Shown here one piece after another: positions 18,280 through 27,544 of a DNA stretch of 32,451 nucleotides. A model generated the notes under the pieces. It searched no databases. It saw only the letters and a list, made by a program, of their open reading frames with translations, and was not told the origin of the DNA. The DNA is from Chthonomonadaceae bacterium (GTDB lineage Bacteria; Armatimonadota; Chthonomonadetes; Chthonomonadales; Chthonomonadaceae), in contig DASRGZ010000106.1 in the NCBI GenBank assembly GCA_035650735.1, forward strand, positions 1 to 32,451. The letters are read 5' to 3'. The position numbers and the translations under genes are program-made. How positions within the stretch are numbered: the stretch's first letter is position 1; each line of letters begins with the position of its first letter.

Positions 18280-19956
18280 AAGGTTTGAAGCGACGTGCAG
18301 CATCTCGCGGGCGTGCTGTAAGACCGTCTCCGTGACTTCGGCCCCGCCGATCATGCGGGCGACCTCCGCGATGCGCTGTTCCGGCGTCAGGGGCGTCACG
18401 GCGACGGAGGTGCGGTCGCCCCGGACGTGCTTTTCGATGTAGAAGTGGCGCTCCCCCCGGCTGGCAAGCTGGGCTAGGTGCGTGATGCAGAGCACCTGCG
18501 CGGCGTGCGAGAGTGTGGAAAGCTTCTCCGCGATGACGTTGGCCGTGCGTCCGCCGACCCCAATATCAATCTCGTCAAAAACCATCGTCGGCAGCGGTTC
18601 CTGCCGCGCCATCGCCGACTTGATCGCCAGCATCACGCGCGAAATTTCGCCGCCGGAGGCTACTTTCGCCAGGGGCCGCAGCGGTTCGCCGGGGTTGACC
18701 GCGATCAGGAACTCGACGCGATCCGCGCCTTTCGCCGTCGGCTCGCCGGGCTCGACCCGCACCTCAAACCGTGCCTTCTCCATCGCCAGATCATGCAGTT
18801 CCGACAGGGTGATCTTCTGGAACTCGGCGGCGGCCTCGCAGCGCTGTCGGCTCAGTCGGTCGCAGAGTTCGCGCAGCCGCTTTTCCGCCGCGGCGATCTC
18901 ACCCTCCAGTTGCGCGCCCCGCTCCTCGCTGTGGGAGAGGGTTTCCAGCTTCGTGGCCGTTGTCTCCGCGTACTGTAAAATATCTTCGATGGTGTCGCCG
19001 TACTTGCGCTTGAGCGTGCGCAGCAGTTCCAGCCTGTCTTCGATCTGGGCCAACCGCTGCGGGTTGAACTCGATGGTGTCCTGGTAGCGCGTCAGGTCGC
19101 GTTCCGCCTCCGTGAGCTCGTAGGTAGCCGAGCGCACCGTCTCCAGGATGGGGCTGAGGGAATCGTCCAGCGTGGCGGCCTCTTCCAGCACGCGCACTGC
19201 GACCGACAGCGCCTCCAGCGCACCCGCGCCGCTGTCCCCGCCGCCGAGGGCCTCCGCCGCGCCCAGCGCCGCCTCCGCCAGCTTCTGCGCGTTGGCGATG
19301 CGCCTGTGATCGGCGGCCAACTCCTCATCCTCGCCCGGCTCCAGCTTGGCGTCTCTGATCTCCTTGACCTGGAACTCGTAGAGGTCTAGAAGATGCGCGC
19401 GCTCGCGGGCATCGGTCTCCAGGCTCTCCTTCTCGCGGCGCAGGTTTTGAAGCCGGTGATAGGCGTCGGCAACCTCGGCGCGCAGGGTCAGAATCGGCTT
19501 GCCGCCCCACTCGTCCAGGATGTCCAGATGGCGCGGGACCGCCAGCAGGGACTGATGCTCGTGCTGGCCGTGCAGGTCCACCAGCCAGTCCCCGATCTCC
19601 TTCAACTGCGCCACCGTCGCCGGACGGCCCATAATGCGGCACGACGACTTGCCGTTAGCCGCTACCTCGCGCGAGAGGAAAAGCTGGTCGTCCTCGACCT
19701 CAAAGCCCATCTCCTCCACGAGCCGCTGCAAGTCCGGCGAACCGGCGACGTCAAAGACGGCGTCAATGACGGCGCGCTCGGCTCCGCCGCGCACCATCTC
19801 CGCCCCGGCACGTCCGCCGAGAATCAGGTTGAGCGCGTCTATGATGATAGACTTGCCCGCGCCCGTCTCTCCGGTCAGCACATTGAAGCCGGGACCGAAC
19901 TCCAGATTCAGCCGCTCGATGATGGCGAAGTTACGAATGGACAGGGATTGTAACAT
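18268..19956 (-). CDS. recN: DNA repair protein RecN
   Basis: GETGAGKS Walker A, LHGQHEHQ, ASGGEISR, FDEIDIG and LCITHL motifs. Confidence 0.97.
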   Translation of the reverse strand: MLQSLSIRNFAIIERLNLEFGPGFNVLTGETGAGKSIIIDALNLILGGRAGAEMVRGGAERAVIDAVFDVAGSPDLQRLVEEMGFEVEDDQLFLSREVAANGKSSCRIMGRPATVAQLKEIGDWLVDLHGQHEHQSLLAVPRHLDILDEWGGKPILTLRAEVADAYHRLQNLRREKESLETDARERAHLLDLYEFQVKEIRDAKLEPGEDEELAADHRRIANAQKLAEAALGAAEALGGGDSGAGALEALSVAVRVLEEAATLDDSLSPILETVRSATYELTEAERDLTRYQDTIEFNPQRLAQIEDRLELLRTLKRKYGDTIEDILQYAETTATKLETLSHSEERGAQLEGEIAAAEKRLRELCDRLSRQRCEAAAEFQKITLSELHDLAMEKARFEVRVEPGEPTAKGADRVEFLIAVNPGEPLRPLAKVASGGEISRVMLAIKSAMARQEPLPTMVFDEIDIGVGGRTANVIAEKLSTLSHAAQVLCITHLAQLASRGERHFYIEKHVRGDRTSVAVTPLTPEQRIAEVARMIGGAEVTETVLQHAREMLHVASNLSTG

Positions 19957-20000
19957 GAAGGCAGACCCACCCTTGAATTCCGTCGAATTCTGTCTGCGGC

Positions 20001-20029
20001 ATTGTACCGCGCGTGAGGAGGCTTGTCAA
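20001..20029 (-). promoter_or_regulatory. Sigma70 promoter of recN
   Basis: TTGACA-N17-TACAAT. Confidence 0.75.
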
Positions 20030-20262
20030 GCAGACGGCAGCCCGCTTCCAACCGCTCTCACTCCCTGTCCCCCTGCTGCCTCGCGGAGGGTACGCACGGA
20101 CTAAGAAAGATGAAACCGTTATGCAGCCGTTACCTTCTTGTTGCCCCGTTGTAATCTCGTCCTGTTATCCTAAAACAGAGCTCTAGAGGGATGGAATGCT
20201 CAAACCTTCGTCCCGCTAGCGGCTTCCATTACCTGAGTACCCCTATAGCAAGGAGAATAACC

Positions 20263-20688
20263 ATGTCCACAGAAGAGAACAAGACACTGGTGCGCCGCTT
20301 CTTTGAGGAGTTCTGTAACGCACGTCAGTTAGACCTGGAGGAGCAACTATTCGCTGCGGAGCACACCTACCATGATCCCGCAAGCCCCTGGGTCAAATCA
20401 GGACCGGAGGGCATGAGACAACTGATCGGGACCTATCAGAGCGCCTTCCCGGACGCCCACTGGACGGTGGAGAGTCAGATCGCCGAAGGCAATACGGTTG
20501 CGACTCGCTGGAATGCTCGCGGCACACACCGGGCGGACCTGCGCGGGCTGGCTCCCACTGGCAAATCGGCGCATGTCACGGGAATCTGGATGCACCGTAT
20601 CGAGGGCGGCAAGATCGCCGAGAGCTGGAACCAGTGGGATATGCTGGGTTTGCTGCAGCAATTGGGTGTGATTTCCATGCCGCGTTAG
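20263..20688 (+). CDS. SnoaL-like / ester cyclase family protein
   Basis: MSTEENKTLVRRF, AFPD, IAEG..VATRW..RGTH, APTGK and GKIAESW...DMLG motifs; AAGGAG RBS. Confidence 0.9.
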   Translation: MSTEENKTLVRRFFEEFCNARQLDLEEQLFAAEHTYHDPASPWVKSGPEGMRQLIGTYQSAFPDAHWTVESQIAEGNTVATRWNARGTHRADLRGLAPTGKSAHVTGIWMHRIEGGKIAESWNQWDMLGLLQQLGVISMPR

Positions 20689-20727
20689 GGGTCAGCACGC
20701 TAGGGCCGATATACAGCCCCAACAGCG

Positions 20728-20871
20728 CCCGCCACCCTCCACGAGCACGGCAATGGCGATTTTGGGGTTTTCGACCGGGGGGTAGTGTCCCTCTACAGAG
20801 TTGATAAGGTCATCGGCGACGAAGTATCAACTCTCTATGGGTACACTACCGACCGGGGCAAAGCAGAGAAG
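20728..20871 (-). pseudogene. Diverged remnant of the mrdA 3' region, interrupted by a MITE
   Basis: After removing the 70-bp MITE and one target copy it encodes CFAPVENPKIAIAVLVEGGG, identical to MrdA but with synonymous base changes. Confidence 0.8.
20781..20850. mobile_element. 70-bp MITE (family M2), IS1-like ends
   Basis: Imperfect 26-bp TIRs GGTAGTGTCCCTCTACAGAGTTGATA / GGTAGTGTACCCATAGAGAGTTGATA; 8-bp duplication GACCGGGG (20773-20780 and 20851-20858). Confidence 0.9.
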
Positions 20872-20976
20872 ATAAAGCGGTTGGCTTCTGTCGGGTCGGG
20901 AAACAACAAGACCGGCAAGCCTTTCGACGCTCCCGACTGTCATGACAACCCCATAGAGCGCAGAGCCATGATATAC

Positions 20977-21058
20977 GGTAGACACTCCCAGCCGTGTGGA
21001 TCAATCTCACGCAGCCTGCTGCTGAGGAGATACGTCCACACCGTTGGGAGGGATTACC
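20977..21058 (+). mobile_element. 82-bp MITE (family M1) copy 3
   Basis: One difference from copy 2; 8-bp duplication TGATATAC (20969-20976 and 21059-21066). Confidence 0.92.
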
Positions 21059-21087
21059 TGATATACTATAGGCGGAGGAAAATGACC

Positions 21088-21314
21088 ATGAGCGAGACCG
21101 CACTGACCAAATCCAAGCGCAAAACCGCCGCCGACTACGAAATTATTGCCTCGCAGATGCTTGCCGAGATAGACCGCCTTGAGGAGCAGATGAACAGAGA
21201 CCGTGCCGAGAGTGAACGGTTGAAGGCCGAAACCCAGATTATCAAAGCGCACACCGACGCCACGCTCTCTCTCAGTTACAGGAGCAAATCAACCGGCTTT
21301 CAAAGGCGGTCTAG
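21088..21314 (+). pseudogene. Small coiled-coil protein, probably frameshifted in a CT run
   Basis: GGAGG RBS, then MSETALTK...AHTDATLS. Removing one CT at 21265-21273 continues the frame as QLQEQINRLSKAV-stop. Confidence 0.6.
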
Positions 21315-21397
21315 CGTGGATTGCCGCCCGCAAGCAAGCCGGAAGGCGAAGACGAGGCGTAGGAGTTGCCTGCGGCAGAATTCTCGCTTGCAGGCGA

Positions 21398-23263
21398 TTA
21401 ATCCACGCCGGGGCTGTGTCCTCCGATGGGCACGGCGGCGTTGTCGAGCTTAATGCCAAAATACCGGCCCAGAATGCGGCGGGCGATGGGCGCGGCGGTA
21501 TCCGCGCCAAAACCGCCGCCTTCCACCAACACCGCAATGGCGATTTTGGGGTTCTCGACCGGAGCGAAGCAGACGAAGACGGAGTGGCTGACATCCTTGC
21601 CGTGGATGACGGCCTCAGCGGTACCGGTCTTGCCGGCGATAGAGAGGCCGGGAATGGCGCAGCGCCCGGCGGTGCCGCCTGGCTCCAGCGCCCGCCTCAT
21701 GCCCTCGACAATAGCATCCCGATACGCTTTGCTCAGGCCCAGGGTGCCGCGTACCTGGCGTTTCAGGCGATGCACGACGACCGGCTTGCCGCTGGAGTAG
21801 TCAATGATTTCACGCACCAGTTGCGGGCGCAGGCGTGTGCCGCCGTTAGCAAGGGCCGCCGTGTAGACGGCCAATTGCAGTGGCGAGACGCCCACAAAGC
21901 CCTGCCCGATAGCCATATTCAGTGTGTCGCCAGGCCGCCAGGGGCCGTATCCGTACTTGCGCTTCCATCGATCCGTGGGCACGCGGCCCGGCGTATCCAC
22001 CGGCAGGTCAATGCCGGTCTTGGAGCCGACGCCGAAGCGCCGCGCCCAGGCCGCCAGATTTTCCGCTCCCACCCGCATCCCGACGTGCCAGAAATAGACG
22101 TCGCACGACTCTCCGATAGCGTCATAGAAGCCGAGAGCGCCGTGCCCGGTGCGCCTATCGCAGTGGAACGCCCGGTTGCCCAGGTAGATGACGCCGGGGC
22201 AGTAATCCCGCGAGGTGGGAGTGATGGCGCCGGTCTCCAACCCGGCGGCGGCGGTGATGAGCTTGAATGTCGAGCCGCAGGGATATTTGCTGCCGGAGAC
22301 GCGGTTGATCAGGGGATGGGAGGGGTCTTTGAGCAGCTTGTTGTAGTCCGTGCCGTACTTGTTGAGGTCGTAGGAGGGCACGCTGACGAAGGCCAGCACG
22401 GCCCCATCGCGCGGGTCCAGCGCCACTGCCGCGCCCGGATGCCCCTTGGCGAACGCCTCCTGGAGCGCGTCATAGGCCACCTGCTGTAGGTCGCGGTCCA
22501 GAGTCAGGCGCAGGGTGCGGCCCGGAAGCGGCTTGACCTCTTCGACCACGCGGCGCATCCGTCCCCGCGCGTCCACTTCGATCCGCTGTCCGCCCTCCTT
22601 GCCGCGCAGTTCCGCCTCGTAGGTGTACTCCAACCCCTCCTTGCCGATCAGGTCGCCGCCGCGATAGCCTTTTTTCCGCAGCGTCTCCAGCTCTTCGGCG
22701 TTGATGGGCCGGACGATGCCCAGAACGTGCGTGCAGAGCCGATTATCCGTGTAGTAGCGGATCGGGTCTTTGGTGATCAGGACGCCGGGCAGGTCCAGGC
22801 GCTGTTCCTCGACCTCTGAGAGCAGCTTGATATCCACATCGGTGGCGACCGGCACCGGGTCGAAGGGCGTAGTCTTGTTCAGTCTGATCTCGTCGGCCAG
22901 CTCGTCCTCGGTCTTATGCAGCAGCAGGGCCAGGCGCGGGAGAAGCTGCGGGTTCTTCTTCATCTCGTCGGGCAGGACGGAGACGACGAAGTGGGAGCGG
23001 TTGGTCGCCAGCACGCGGCCTTTGGCGTCCCGGATTTCGCCGCGCGGGGGCACGCGCCGGATCAGCCGGGTGCGCAGAGTCGCCGCCAGCCCCGCCAGTT
23101 CCGGCCCCTTGACGATCTGCAAATACCACAGCCGCGCGATAATGACGGCAAGCAGGACCAGGATGGCGGCGTAGAAGCACTTGAGGCGGCGCAGGTTGGG
23201 GATGTGATCCGGCAGGCCGATGGTCGGAGAACCCAGCCCGGGCTTGTCCTTATCTGTGATCAT
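21398..23263 (-). CDS. mrdA: Penicillin-binding protein 2
   Basis: N-terminal TM, RGEIRD and GKEGLE motifs, active-site STFK, SCD and KTG. Confidence 0.95.
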   Translation of the reverse strand: MITDKDKPGLGSPTIGLPDHIPNLRRLKCFYAAILVLLAVIIARLWYLQIVKGPELAGLAATLRTRLIRRVPPRGEIRDAKGRVLATNRSHFVVSVLPDEMKKNPQLLPRLALLLHKTEDELADEIRLNKTTPFDPVPVATDVDIKLLSEVEEQRLDLPGVLITKDPIRYYTDNRLCTHVLGIVRPINAEELETLRKKGYRGGDLIGKEGLEYTYEAELRGKEGGQRIEVDARGRMRRVVEEVKPLPGRTLRLTLDRDLQQVAYDALQEAFAKGHPGAAVALDPRDGAVLAFVSVPSYDLNKYGTDYNKLLKDPSHPLINRVSGSKYPCGSTFKLITAAAGLETGAITPTSRDYCPGVIYLGNRAFHCDRRTGHGALGFYDAIGESCDVYFWHVGMRVGAENLAAWARRFGVGSKTGIDLPVDTPGRVPTDRWKRKYGYGPWRPGDTLNMAIGQGFVGVSPLQLAVYTAALANGGTRLRPQLVREIIDYSSGKPVVVHRLKRQVRGTLGLSKAYRDAIVEGMRRALEPGGTAGRCAIPGLSIAGKTGTAEAVIHGKDVSHSVFVCFAPVENPKIAIAVLVEGGGFGADTAAPIARRILGRYFGIKLDNAAVPIGGHSPGVD

Positions 23264-23273
23264 GGCTGCGGCC

Positions 23274-25292
23274 TCAGGATAACAGAGGCTCCGTATAGAT
23301 TTCGGTGGTCTCCACGATGCGCTGGAACCAGGTGCCAGAGGCGTCTACCATCGGCAGCCACCAGGCGGAGGGACGATGGTTGGTGTGCGTCAGCCCTTCG
23401 ATGGTCAGCAGGGCCGCGCGGATGAGGCGCATGCGGGCCATCTCCGCCTCGTTCTCGATCTCGGCCAGGCGGGCGCGGGCGGCGGCGGCCTCCGGGCAGC
23501 GCTCGATCTGGCGGCGGCGATCCTTGAGGGCACGCACCTCGGCGCAGAGGGCACGCTTCTCCTTCTGGAGGGCCTGGAACTCGCGCTCGAACGCGGCGCG
23601 CCGCTCCTGTTCGACGGGCGTCCACTCGCGGGTGGCGCGAAAGTGGTCGCCCTGCGCCCGCTGAACCGCCAGGCCGCGCGCTTTTAGCGCCTTCAAGCGC
23701 ACATAGCGCGCGTTGACCTCCTCCTGAAGCTGGACAGCCTGCGCGCGCAGAGCCAGCAGGCGGCTTTTGGCGGCGTCGTAGGCGGCGCGGCGCTCCTCCC
23801 AGGGGGCGACCGGATCGCGCCGGTGCAGGAAGTCCAGCAGCGCACGCGGCGCCCGGATGCCGGCGCTCTGCTTACAGAGGGCGCGCTGCTCCTCCACTAC
23901 CTGCCGCCAGGACGCGGCGAACTCCGGGGTCGTGATCGTCGCGCGCCCGAACGTCGTCGCCAGATGCTCGACCAGGCGCAAGCTCGACCGACTGACGGCA
24001 AGCGAATCCCAGGTATGGTAGCGCAGCCGCAGGATGGGCCGCATATCCAGGGGGATGCCGTGCCGGGCCAGGAGGTCGTTCATGCGGCGGGTGCGCCAGA
24101 CGTACTGCGAGCCTTCCTCGTTGAAGACGAAGATGAACTCCTGGGCCAGCATGGAGATCAGGGTGACCGCCTTGCCGACGAGCGTGACCTGATCGCCCAG
24201 CTTGGCGTGCAGGATCTCGGCCATCTCCTGGAGGGAGGTGATCGGCTTCTTGAGGCCGATGGCGACCGGCTGGCGCGTCTCCACAAAGAGCACGCGCGGC
24301 GTCACGCGCAGCGTACCGCGTCCCTGCTCCGGCAGCACCACATCGAAAGGCAGCGCGCCCGCGCCGAACTTATCCAGCGTGTAGATCTCCGAGCCGGCGA
24401 CGGCCTGGTTGTAGGCGGCGACGGCGAGATCGCGCGTGGCCGGGTCGAGAAACAGGTTGACGAAGCGGAAGCGGGGCAGGGAAGCCGTCTCGGGCGTCAG
24501 ACGCAGCAGGTTGGCGGTGCAATCCACGCGGATATGGTCGGGAGCGTGGCCGAGCAGAAGCGTATAGAGGCGGGGCAGGAGGTACTGGTACAGGTCCGTG
24601 AGGTTCTTATCGGGATGGGAGGCGCGATACTCCTGACACCAGTCCAGGATGGTCTGGGTGACGGCACGCGCCTCCTCCTGACAGCAATCGGGCATGACCT
24701 GGGGAACGGCGTTGTCGAAGCCCCAGTGGAGCATCTCCTGGATGCCGTCCCAGACCTCCTTGAGCGGCAGGTAGTGGACGATCAGATCGCGTGAGCCGGT
24801 ATAGACCAGGCCGCGCCAGCCCCAGGCTTCTGTCACCGCATCAATGAATTCCTGCCGATCCATCGGGCCGGACTCGGCGACGCGCTCAAAGGGGACGCCG
24901 CAGCGAACATAGTCGTGCCGGGTGGGAAAGGTCTCGCTGCCAAAGAGCGTCGAAATCTCCCCGGCAGCCGACCAGAGATCTTTGGTGGTGCCGTCGTTGT
25001 GGGGCAGGAGGACAAAGCGCCGCTGACCGCTCCGGCGCAGGTGAGTCTTGGCGAAATAGTCGGTATCGTGGACGCCCAGCACCATCTGGCCGCCCAGCCC
25101 GAAGACGTCGAGCAGGCGCCGCAGCGCCGCCTTGACAGGCTCATCCCAGAAGACGGTCTGGCCCAGCGCCAGAAACGGCGAGTCGGGATATTGGGCGCGC
25201 AGTTGGGCGAGCAGGTCGCGCGGGCTGCGATCCGGGCTTCCGGTTACGTTCATGCGGCGAAGGCTCCAGCGTTCAGCGTTGTCAGGCGCCAA
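23274..25292 (-). CDS. Hypothetical protein with C-terminal coiled coil
   Basis: Long ORF with typical codon bias, tightly coupled to both neighbours. Start uncertain. Confidence 0.8.
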   Translation of the reverse strand: MAPDNAERWSLRRMNVTGSPDRSPRDLLAQLRAQYPDSPFLALGQTVFWDEPVKAALRRLLDVFGLGGQMVLGVHDTDYFAKTHLRRSGQRRFVLLPHNDGTTKDLWSAAGEISTLFGSETFPTRHDYVRCGVPFERVAESGPMDRQEFIDAVTEAWGWRGLVYTGSRDLIVHYLPLKEVWDGIQEMLHWGFDNAVPQVMPDCCQEEARAVTQTILDWCQEYRASHPDKNLTDLYQYLLPRLYTLLLGHAPDHIRVDCTANLLRLTPETASLPRFRFVNLFLDPATRDLAVAAYNQAVAGSEIYTLDKFGAGALPFDVVLPEQGRGTLRVTPRVLFVETRQPVAIGLKKPITSLQEMAEILHAKLGDQVTLVGKAVTLISMLAQEFIFVFNEEGSQYVWRTRRMNDLLARHGIPLDMRPILRLRYHTWDSLAVSRSSLRLVEHLATTFGRATITTPEFAASWRQVVEEQRALCKQSAGIRAPRALLDFLHRRDPVAPWEERRAAYDAAKSRLLALRAQAVQLQEEVNARYVRLKALKARGLAVQRAQGDHFRATREWTPVEQERRAAFEREFQALQKEKRALCAEVRALKDRRRQIERCPEAAAARARLAEIENEAEMARMRLIRAALLTIEGLTHTNHRPSAWWLPMVDASGTWFQRIVETTEIYTEPLLS

Positions 25293-25314
25293 TGCGGCGT
25301 AGAGTGTTTACGCG

Positions 25315-26328
25315 CTACGAGGAATACAAGTTCCGTTGCAAATTTTGTTCCAGTTGCGGCGCGTCCGGCCAGTCAGGTTTGCGGCGCGGCAGAAAGAGAT
25401 AGAGGTACCACATCACGCCGTTGAGGGCGGCGAAGCCGATCCGGAACCAGGCAGGCGTGCCCAGATGCGAGAACATCCCCTCAACGATGCCGGCAAAGAT
25501 AAAGAGCGGGATGGTGCCCAGAACGAGCTTGATGGCGTCCAGGCCCGCCAGCTTGAGGGCGTCCCGGCGCGTGTAGGCGCCGGGAACGAGCAGGGCGACG
25601 CCGATGAGCAGGCCCGCTGCGCCGCAAATGAAGATAGCGGTCAGCTCCGCGATGCCGTGCGGCACGATGCCCGGCCAGAACGTGTTATGATGGTGTACCT
25701 GCGTCATCAGGGCGGCCATGGCGCCGAGCATTCCGCCGTTGTAAAACAGCAGAAAGGCGGTCGGCACCCCGGCGACTACGCCGGAGGCGAAGGCCAGCAG
25801 GCCGATCTGTAGGTTATGAGTCATCAGGAAGCCGGACATGGCGGCGGAAGCCCGCGCTTCTACCTTGCCGCTCTTCCAGACCTCCGCCGAGGATTTGAAC
25901 TCCTCGGGAATGAACAGGCCGATCTTGTCCGGCTGGGTGAGGACCAGCCAGTAGGCGAAGACGACGCCGATAAGGGTTAGCGCCACGGCTGCCAGGAAGG
26001 AGCGGGCATGGCGTTGCAGCAGCGTGGGAAATTCGTAGCCGTAGAAATGCCGCAGGGAGCGGAGCGCGCTGCCGGAGGTTTCCGCCTCGTAGAGCAGCGC
26101 GTGCGCCCGCCCGACCAGCCCGTTGAGGTGCTGCACCAGGTCGCTGCTGGTGGCATGGGCGCGGGCGTAGGCCAAATCTGAGGAGACGCGGCGATACAGC
26201 GGCCCCAGCGCCAGCAACTCCTCGCGACTCAAGGCGCGGATGCCCTGCTTGCCGCCGGCTTTCTCTACCAGCGCCGCTAGTCGGTCCCACGTCGTTCGCT
26301 TTTTGGTGACAAAATCGCGCTCGTCCAT
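25315..26328 (-). CDS. SpoIIM (DUF95) family membrane protein
   Basis: LYRRVSSDLAYAR, HNLQI and PHGIAELTAIFICGAAG...AGIVEG motifs. Start at MDERDFV. Confidence 0.9.
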   Translation of the reverse strand: MDERDFVTKKRTTWDRLAALVEKAGGKQGIRALSREELLALGPLYRRVSSDLAYARAHATSSDLVQHLNGLVGRAHALLYEAETSGSALRSLRHFYGYEFPTLLQRHARSFLAAVALTLIGVVFAYWLVLTQPDKIGLFIPEEFKSSAEVWKSGKVEARASAAMSGFLMTHNLQIGLLAFASGVVAGVPTAFLLFYNGGMLGAMAALMTQVHHHNTFWPGIVPHGIAELTAIFICGAAGLLIGVALLVPGAYTRRDALKLAGLDAIKLVLGTIPLFIFAGIVEGMFSHLGTPAWFRIGFAALNGVMWYLYLFLPRRKPDWPDAPQLEQNLQRNLYSS

Positions 26329-26334
26329 GTGTCC

Positions 26335-26343
26335 ATTATAGCA
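26335..26343 (-). promoter_or_regulatory. Extended -10 promoter (probable leaderless mRNA)
   Basis: TGCTATAAT lies 6 nt before the ATG at 26328 and there is no SD sequence. Confidence 0.65.
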
Positions 26344-26413
26344 CGGGCCGGACTTTCCCGGCAATTGCCCGATATGGCCCTCATCCCCGGCCCTTCTTGG
26401 CCTAACCCCGGCT

Positions 26414-27544
26414 TTAGCTTGCGGCGGCAAGGCGGTCGGGATTCAACCCCTGTAGTTCCGGCAGGATGAACAGGCCGTCCTTGCGCACCAGGACATCGTC
26501 GAAATAGATCTCTCCGCCGCCGTATTCCGGGCGCTGGATGCAGACCATGTCCCAGTGAATCTGCGAGCGGTTGCCGTTGTCGGCCTCCTCATACGCCTGG
26601 CCGGGCGTGAGGTGGAAGCTGCCGGCGATCTTTTCGTCGAAGAGGATATCCTTCATCGGCTTGAGGATATAAGGGTTGAAGGCGATGGACCACTCGCCGA
26701 TGTAGCGCGCGCCCTCATCGGCGTCCAGGATCTGGTTGAGCCGGGCCGTCTCGCTGCCTGCCGTCGCCTCGATAATCTTGCCGTCCTTAAAAACCAACCG
26801 GATATTGTTAAAAATGGTTCCCCGATAGAGCGTCTCGCAGTTAAACTGGATGGCGCCGTTGACCGAATCGCGCACGGGGCAGGTAAAGATCTCGCCGTCG
26901 GGGATGTTGCGGTCGCCGACGCAGGGCACGGTCGGGATGTCCTTTTTGCTGAAGGTCAGGTCGGTGCCGGGGCCGGCGATGCGGACGCGGTCGGTCCTGT
27001 CCATCAGGGCATGCAGCGGCTCCATGGCCTTTGCCATCTGCGCGTAATCCACCCCGGCGCAGACGCGGAAATAGAAGTCCTCAAACGTTTCCGTGCTCAT
27101 GCCCGCCGCCTGCGCCATGCTCGGATGCGGCCAGCGCAGCACCACCCAGCGCGTTTTGGGCACGCGCACCTGGGAATGCACGTAATGCCACCAGTGTTTT
27201 TCGTAGAGGGCCATCTTCTCCGGCGGCACGTCGCTTAGCTCGCTGATGTTGTGGCTGCCGCGCACGCCGATATAGCACTGCACCGCTTCCATGCGGGCGC
27301 GCTCGACCGCGCCGATGGCGCGCATCTGCTCCTCGGTGGCGGCCCGGTAGAGGGCGCGCAGCACCGGCATCTGGTAGGTACTGACCAGGGGCAGGCCGCC
27401 CGCCTGCACGATGGCCTCGATCAACTCGATCGTGAAATCCGGGGGAATATCAAAGGCTTCGACCAGGACTTTATCGCCGGGATGGACCTCGATAGAGTAC
27501 TGAACGAGCAGCCGGGCCAGGTCGGTATAGCGCGGATCTTTCAT
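26414..27544 (-). CDS. Aminopeptidase, M29 (AmpS/AmpT) family
   Basis: MKDPRY, NIPDGEIFT, GARYIGE, LFDEKIAGSFH and NRSQIHWD motifs. Confidence 0.93.
   Translation of the reverse strand: MKDPRYTDLARLLVQYSIEVHPGDKVLVEAFDIPPDFTIELIEAIVQAGGLPLVSTYQMPVLRALYRAATEEQMRAIGAVERARMEAVQCYIGVRGSHNISELSDVPPEKMALYEKHWWHYVHSQVRVPKTRWVVLRWPHPSMAQAAGMSTETFEDFYFRVCAGVDYAQMAKAMEPLHALMDRTDRVRIAGPGTDLTFSKKDIPTVPCVGDRNIPDGEIFTCPVRDSVNGAIQFNCETLYRGTIFNNIRLVFKDGKIIEATAGSETARLNQILDADEGARYIGEWSIAFNPYILKPMKDILFDEKIAGSFHLTPGQAYEEADNGNRSQIHWDMVCIQRPEYGGGEIYFDDVLVRKDGLFILPELQGLNPDRLAAAS

Noticed and set aside
20785..21453. 222-aa ORF
   Set aside because: Chimeric read-through of two MITEs and the small frameshifted gene; the real RBS and start are at 21088.
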